The notes beneath the pieces were generated by a model that saw only the letters and a list, made by a program, of their open reading frames with translations, had not been told where the DNA came from and ran no database searches. A stretch of 64,000 nt of DNA. It comes from Octopus bimaculoides. Its lineage: Eukaryota. Position numbers and translations under genes: made by a program. The stretch is from assembly GCF_001194135.2 (NCBI RefSeq), contig NC_068983.1, positions 142,778,264-142,842,263 on the forward strand, read 5' to 3'. Positions 57,744-64,000 of the stretch are shown in pieces (position 1 is the first letter of the stretch; every line of letters begins with the position of its first letter).

Positions 57744-58480
57744 CAGGGTGTAACAGGTAAATTGGGACCATTTAAATATTTTTATTATAATTGGTATAAC
57801 TCAGAAAAATCAAACAGTACAAATTTTATGCTTATACCAATTTATAGTGGAGTGTCTAGCACTTATTTCAGTTCAATGTAACCGCCATTTGCTTTCTTTA
57901 CCAGTTCAATCCATTCATGAAATCATGCACATGCCTTAACTATTTCTTTTTTTGTCATTTTACCGAATGCTCGCTTGATCGAAGCCTTTAGTGAAGACAC
58001 ACAGTTGTGAGAAGTTGTATTGGGTATTGCTTCAGCTGTGCCCCATAGCCAACAATCACACGGATTCAAATCTGGTAAGCTAGAGGGCCAGGTATCTTTA
58101 GGGACAAAGATGGGCAATTCCTTCTTCAAAAATTCTTGCACTCTTTACGAAGAATGGACGGGCGTAGAGTCCTGTACAAACAGGACTCTACTTGCATAAT
58201 AATGCAACAAAACTTTTAAGATTTTGAGATACTCTGCTGTGTTCATTTTAAGACCTGCTTCAATAAAATGAGGAGGCATCAATTTCTCATCACTTGGAAC
58301 AGTTCCAAAGACCTTAATGGTAACCGGATTCTTGCTATGCATAGTTGAAGGAACTTGGGAAGGGTCGTATGCCATCACTCGTTCCAGCAGGTCACTTGAC
58401 CCCGTGATTAACCGAACTTGTTCTTTGTATTGGTTGGTTTCCAGCTGTCCAAACGTGTTGGCGCAACAATTCATTTTCCT
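57744..58480 (-). mobile_element. maT/DD37D-like (Tc1/mariner superfamily) transposase fossil, one end only
   Basis: TA|CAGGGTG terminus at 57744; remnants KNPVTIKVFGTVPSDEKLMPPHF...FVQDSTPVH and WPSSLPDLNPCDCWLW. Confidence 0.8.
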
Positions 58481-60569
58481 TATGCGGGAAATTAATCACC
58501 AGCTTTTGGCACACGTCACTGATCACACGCAACTCGTCTCCGGCAACGATTGTATCTCAGCCAGTCTCCGCTTTCATCTTCCCCACCAGACACTTGCTTA
58601 CATCGTTGCTGTATGAAGACCACACAACCAACAGAACAACGGTGCCTGTACACACCACCAAACAGAATGTCAACTACGTCTACTATACCAACAGTCCAGC
58701 CTAACCACGAAGTTCTCTCACACATCTTTGTTGTAACCTGTTATGTTACTTCATGTATGGCAATCATTGTATTTTATAACGGAGAATAAATCGTCGCTCA
58801 CCAGTTCAGTTTCATCTCAAGTCGTAACACATTTCCCTTATTAACCATTCTCGTTATATACTTTTCCTTTTCCCTAGTGTGACCGATGAACACACATTGC
58901 GTTTTATTATATGTAAGATTCCCCAATTTCGAAGTCATTCCAGTATTAACTATAAGAGAAGTAAAGTTACTCTTACTAATTTATCTTGGCGATTGAAACA
59001 AATCTAGGTCGAAAATATTGTTTACAATTGATTAGTCATTGTCCCGAATGACGAACTTTGTTAGAACTGCATAAGTAAGCTTAATTTTGCTCCTACAAAT
59101 GGCTTGAAGGTCACATCTCATTCATTTAAATCCCTGACATGAAGTTGTCCATGATAGAAATTCAAATGTGTAACAAATTCCTTCATTTCATTCATTGTAA
59201 TTTAGTTTATAGTAAATTAAATATTTCTTACACAGGCACAACATCTTCGATTTATAGGATATGTTAATGAGATACTATAACATTCCTACTTTCCTAAAAA
59301 GTATTAGTGGTGTAACTGAAGTGGTGGGTTACAAAAAGGAATCAAAATATAAGTTGCCGATCTCGCTGGGAGCTCACCTCATTTCACTGCTTTTAAATAA
59401 GAACTTAACAGTATTTTTAAAAAATATATTATTAGAGAGCTGGAAACTATGAGGACAGCAGCTGAATGAAAACAGAATTAACCAAAAGTTTGCTAAATGT
59501 TGTCTGTGTATCTCAATGGCTTTTTCAATTAGCACACATCTGTGAATGAATATTATTCTCGTCACTGGCTCGACTAATCTCCTACATGTCACGTCCACTA
59601 TCGTTGTCAAGAATAAACGTATGAGTCAGAAATTATCTTAACGACCTACTCCTTGTTGTGTGGCATGAACATAAATTTACTCTCCAGTTTACGTTATTCA
59701 TTCTTCCTTCATCCCAATCCCAATTCCTGTCGAGACCGAACAGCTTCAACGTGGCTTATTTCAAAGCTCGTAGTTGCAATAATAGTTTCCTAGAGGAATA
59801 ATACCGTTAATGAAATATCTTAGAGGATCGACATATCTACATTTCTAATCAATATTTGATAAGAATCAGAAGGAAAATCAGAATGGTTGAAGTTGTTTGT
59901 TAAGCGTGACGAAACTTTCTTGAAAGATCTTACGAGTTTAAGACAATCCCCTTCTAAAAGATTCGATTGAAATATCATCCAGAATGAAATGCCTTGTCTT
60001 TGGATTTTGTTCAAATATTGTCTTTTCTCGCAAACTGATTAGAGTGTTAGCATAAAGATAATGAAGATTAAACCGGATCACTTTTGTGTGAATAAATTAA
60101 AACAAAAAACTCTTCATTAAAGTGTTTTGACAAGTGGGCCAATTTTTTATCACGCAAATCATGGAAAAATCAAATGAAGCACACGCACGCACACAAATTT
60201 AATTTCTTGAAAGTGAAATAAAAAAAAACTGGAATGAAAAGAAATATATTTTTTAAGCAATAAAATCAACATTGTTTTAATCAATTCATTTTAGTGTGCG
60301 GTATTGATGGAATTGGGTTGATATAAAAAAAAAATTGAACATTAAGCGTTTGTGGAACTTGATTTCAGTTTTCACTGAAAACTAACGGAATAAACACCTC
60401 AGGGTTTTAACAGATAAGAACACGGTTACCTTTAATTTAAAAACAAGGTTCGTCATTTGAATGCAATCTGGGAATAGATACATATCCAGAAATAAGACAC
60501 CTAATCGATCGATGTATGTATATAAACTTAGTGTAAAAACAAACGGTGGACATTGGGATTTGACACTGA

Positions 60570-61560
60570 GGGTAGATGCCTAGTGGCTGATATCCGTTTG
60601 GTGGCACGTTTTTGAACAGTTTCTAGAAGATTGATATACTGAGCAAGATAGGGGTTCCAGACTGGTGATGCAAACTCTAAGTGTGGACATATATAGTCAC
60701 ATACAGTTTTAAATAGATAGTTGGAAAGCAGCTGACAAAGGTCTTACTGAGTGATACTAAGACACCATCAGCCGTTTTGACAATCTTAGAGATGTGGTTT
60801 GTCCAACGTATATCGCTGTTTACAATAATACCCAGATCACATTCACTAACAGACTTCTTAAGATTGGTGTTGCTGAGGGAGTATGCAAAAGTTGAGTTTT
60901 TCCCCCCAAAGTGCATGGCGACGCATTTATCTACAGCTAGTTTGAGTTGCCAGTCAGTAATCCATTGCTGCATTGTGTCCAGGTTTGATTGCAGGAAAGA
61001 TCTATAGCGTACAGAATTTGTTCTTTTTATCTCAAGGTACAGCTTGATGTCATCTGCATATTTCAACACTGTAACATTCTTCAAGTTAGCATCTATGTCA
61101 TTAATATATGCAACAGACAGTAGGGGGCCAAGAACGGATCCCTGTGGTACACCAGATGTCATCTCATGGGGTGAAGAATGATGTTCTAGAACCGTAACTG
61201 TTTGACCGAGAATGAAGGACTCCAGTCTGTTATAGAGATCATCTTTCACATCTATTGCAGAGACTTTTGCCACGAGTTGTTTATGTGGCACAGAATTGAA
61301 GGCTTTAGCAAAGTCAAGATGGATAACATTCACCCATGAGCCGCCATCAGTAATTGGGGTGATGTCCTCAAGAAACTCGATGAGTTGGCTACAGCAGCTG
61401 GAGTTAGGGATAAATTCAAATTGTGAAAGGCGAATAAGGCAGTGAGAGCTCCAAAAGTTCCTGAGTATTTTTCTGACACTGGACTCCATCAGTTTGGCGA
61501 TGCAGCTAGTAAGGTTGACTGGACGGTAATTGACAGGTGGGTGACATTGATGGGATACAA
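60570..61560 (-). mobile_element. CR1-clade LINE reverse transcriptase fragment
   Basis: ORF 61489-60677 with LDFAKAFNSVPH, SGVPQGSVLGPLL, YADD, CDLGI; upstream NYRPVNLTSC; downstream LEFASPVWNPY...ETVQKRATK. Confidence 0.92.
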
Positions 61561-61741
61561 TTCATAAACGTCCAGCTGCGACTCACAATGGGGAGATATT
61601 TTCGATCGACTCGGCGCTTGCATACATCTGAGGTTATTTTATCGACACTCAAGATATCTGAAATTAAAAATGACAATCCTTTTGACTAGAGTACTTGATT
61701 CGTCCTTTAATCAAATCTACACAAGTATGCCTTCCCCCGAT

Positions 61742-62240
61742 TTTGTTTCCTCTCAACTTCCAGAAAGATGGACATTTTTAAATGAAATTTTCTACAACTA
61801 CGCTTCAGATGGTGTAGATTCCGATAATATCGGAATTTAATATGAAAAACAAAAAGTGATGGGCTTGCTGACATGCATATTGACACACATCACATATGTC
61901 TACAAAATGAAACTTGAAATCTCGAAAAAAAATTGTGTTGTGTCAGTATGTATGTGTGCGTGCCCAACAATTTTATTTTTCGTTTTAAATTCCGATATAA
62001 TCCTAATGTACACCGTCTGAAAGGTATTTGTAGAAAATGTCATTAAAAAAGACACATTTTCTGAAAGTTATGAGGAAACAAACCCAGCCTTGTGAACTTT
62101 CCGAAACTCCTCTCTCTCTACCCTCGGATAAAATTTTTCCCAACAAATTCCGATGTAATCGTAATGTACATAATCTGCGTATTTGTAGGCAATTTCACAA
62201 CAAAAAAAATGTTCCTTTTTCTGGAAGTTATGAGGATACA
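61742..62240. mobile_element. Old foldback-like repeat with one inverted and one direct copy of a module of about 105 bp
   Basis: 61742-61855 is an imperfect inverted repeat of 61970-62082; the module recurs at about 62140-62240. Confidence 0.55.
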
Positions 62241-62269
62241 AAGTCGAGCGACTTTGTGTAGGTATGTCG

Positions 62270-62397
62270 GTTCTTTATTTGACCGATCCTGAAAAGAATA
62301 AAAGCTAAGTCGAACTCGGCGGGATTTGAACTCAAAACGTGAAGAACCAGAAGAGATACCGTAAGGTATTTTGCATGACGCTAATGATACTGCTAAT
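62270..62397 (-). mobile_element. tRNA-derived SINE fragment (family A)
   Basis: Contains AAGTCGAACTCGGCGGGATTTGAACTCAAAACGT, homologous to 56834-56867. Confidence 0.7.
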
Positions 62398-62516
62398 AGG
62401 TACAAGGCTTGAGACGTGAAATGGGTTTGAGGTTAAATCGACCTCAGTGCTTGACAGATACTTTATGTTGTCGACCTTGAGAGGGATAAAGGGCGAAGTT
62501 GATTCAGTAAGATTTG

Positions 62517-63322
62517 GGATCTATTTTAAAACGGGGGCGCCAGTTTTCATTTATGTTTTATGTAGTGTTTTTGGTACGGAAAGACTTTCAAACTTCGTAT
62601 ACTTATCTATTTTGTGTTATAGAACAGAAAAATATTTTTGTATTCGAATTTATTTCATGTAAAAAATTGTCTTATTTCGATAATTTCTACTAATCACTGA
62701 CGTCTATTCAGTTGAAAACAGTTAGCGCTGTAACGGCGTATATCGTATTAATCCCCTAACCCTAACTAGACTGTTAACCGTAACCGTAACCCTAACCCTA
62801 ACTACACTGTTAACCCTAACCCTAACCCTAACCCTAAAACTAACCNNNNNNNNNNNNNNNNNNNNNNNNNNNNNNNNNNNNNNNNNNNNNNNNNNNNNNN
62901 NNNNNNNNNNNNNNNNNNNNNNNNNNNNNNNNNNNNNNNNNNNNNNNNNNNNNNNNNNNNNNNNNNNNNNNNNNNNNNNNNNNNNNNNNNNNNNNNNNNN
63001 NNNNNNNNNNNNNNNNNNNNNNNNAATTTATTATATAAACAATATATGCGTATAAATTACGATTAAACCGGATGAAATATGTCACAGGGAATAACATTTT
63101 TATGACCACCCAGCAGTAACTCTAGTCAGCTGAATAGACGTCAGTGATTGGTTGAAATTACAGAAATACGACAACTTTAACATGGAATAACTTGCGAATT
63201 CCTTTTTTTTTGTTAAGAAGACTAAGAGTAAAAGATGTTTTATATGACACATTCTACCAGTGTCCCAAGTTTCAAAGTGTTTCGTTAAGAAAATACTGGC
63301 GCCCCCGTTTTAAAATAGATCC
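62517..63322. mobile_element. Second copy of the GGATCT-family MITE, inserted into a SINE
   Basis: Same TIRs; TSD AAGATTTG at 62509-62516 and 63323-63330; longer TAACCC array running into the gap at 62846-63024. Confidence 0.9.
62846..63024. other. Assembly gap (N run) within the MITE telomere-like array
   Basis: Ns. Confidence 1.
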
Positions 63323-64000
63323 AAGATTTGAACTAAGAACGTAGAGACGTAACTAATGTTCATTTTTAGTATAGAAAAAAGATGATTTTTCACGTTAGCC
63401 ACAATGCTTAGATCTCTTCTAAAATGTTAACATTTTTCACTGATTGTACTCAGTACCCAGTGTAATAGAAATCTTTTATCGTGGATCTAAATTAATCCAC
63501 TCCATAAACATGTCCAAGATATTAAATGGATTAGTGAAAACCGTGTATAAAAACATGTAATTTATATTTGAAAAAGAAGGAAAAGAAAAAAGAACAAAAA
63601 GCAGCTTCTAACAATACTATTTCCCAACATTTAGAGATCAAAGAACGAACTGATCAAAGGCTCATCAATGTCTATTACTTGTTAATATTTTAAGATATAT
63701 ATATTTATATATACACACACATCTCTCTCTCTCTCTCTTTACACGGATACATACATGCACGCAAAAAATCTCCAATAAGCAACTTTCATCGAGTGAGCCT
63801 CATTCATTTGTAGAATGGAGACAAGTTTAACCTTTACTAGTTAACCATTGTTTATGATGGCAATTTAAGGCAATGAGCCAGTATCCAGTAGTCATGTCTT
63901 TTCTGTCTTTTTCATTTGACGTAGAGAAAGACTGGTAGCGAGCTTAATCAATGATTTTATTCAGAGCAATTACTCGTATTCTTCCTCGCGTCCCTTTTCT

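Larger units (their letters stand above)
62425..63348 (-). mobile_element. Family A SINE split by the GGATCT MITE
   Basis: Removing the MITE and one TSD copy restores ...AAGATTTG AACTAAGAACGTAG, matching GGAATTTGAACTCAGAACGTAG of intact copies. Confidence 0.75.

Noticed and set aside
58516-58560. IVAGDE on the minus strand, resembling mariner IVTGDE
   Set aside because: Not in frame or properly spaced relative to the adjacent maT-like remnant; may be chance.
59374-60014. Two short minus-strand ORFs in non-repeat-looking sequence
   Set aside because: No recognisable motifs or convincing splice structure; cannot be supported as coding.
1-64000. CRISPR arrays, tRNA or rRNA genes, prokaryote-style operons
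   Set aside because: None seen; tRNA-like boxes all belong to SINE heads and the DNA is clearly intron-rich eukaryotic sequence.

Overview
AT-rich, repeat-dense animal genomic DNA with three assembly gaps. The repeat families suggest an octopus (coleoid cephalopod); this is an inference from remembered repeat sequences. One protein-coding gene is supported: a + strand, 10-coding-exon orthologue of KICSTOR subunit 2 (KICS2/C12orf66), CDS 16899-48892, 453 aa, all exon phases consistent. Two splicing features stand out: a GT-AG U12-type (minor spliceosome) intron 3, and a candidate 84-nt in-frame cassette exon absent from the human protein as I recall it. The rest is transposable element sequence: at least two young GG-ended MITE families with perfect 8-bp target-site duplications (Merlin-like), one keeping a zinc-ribbon transposase N-terminus and one carrying telomere-like TAACCC arrays; piggyBac-like MITEs; mariner, Tc1 and maT fossils; RTE, CR1 and Crack/L2-like LINE fragments; tRNA-derived SINEs, including a head-to-tail array; and microsatellites. 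I found no intact novel protein system. The best leads are the splicing features, the telomere-repeat-carrying MITEs and inverted repeat pairs able to form intronic dsRNA. All alignments were done by eye, so repeat boundaries without a TSD are approximate.
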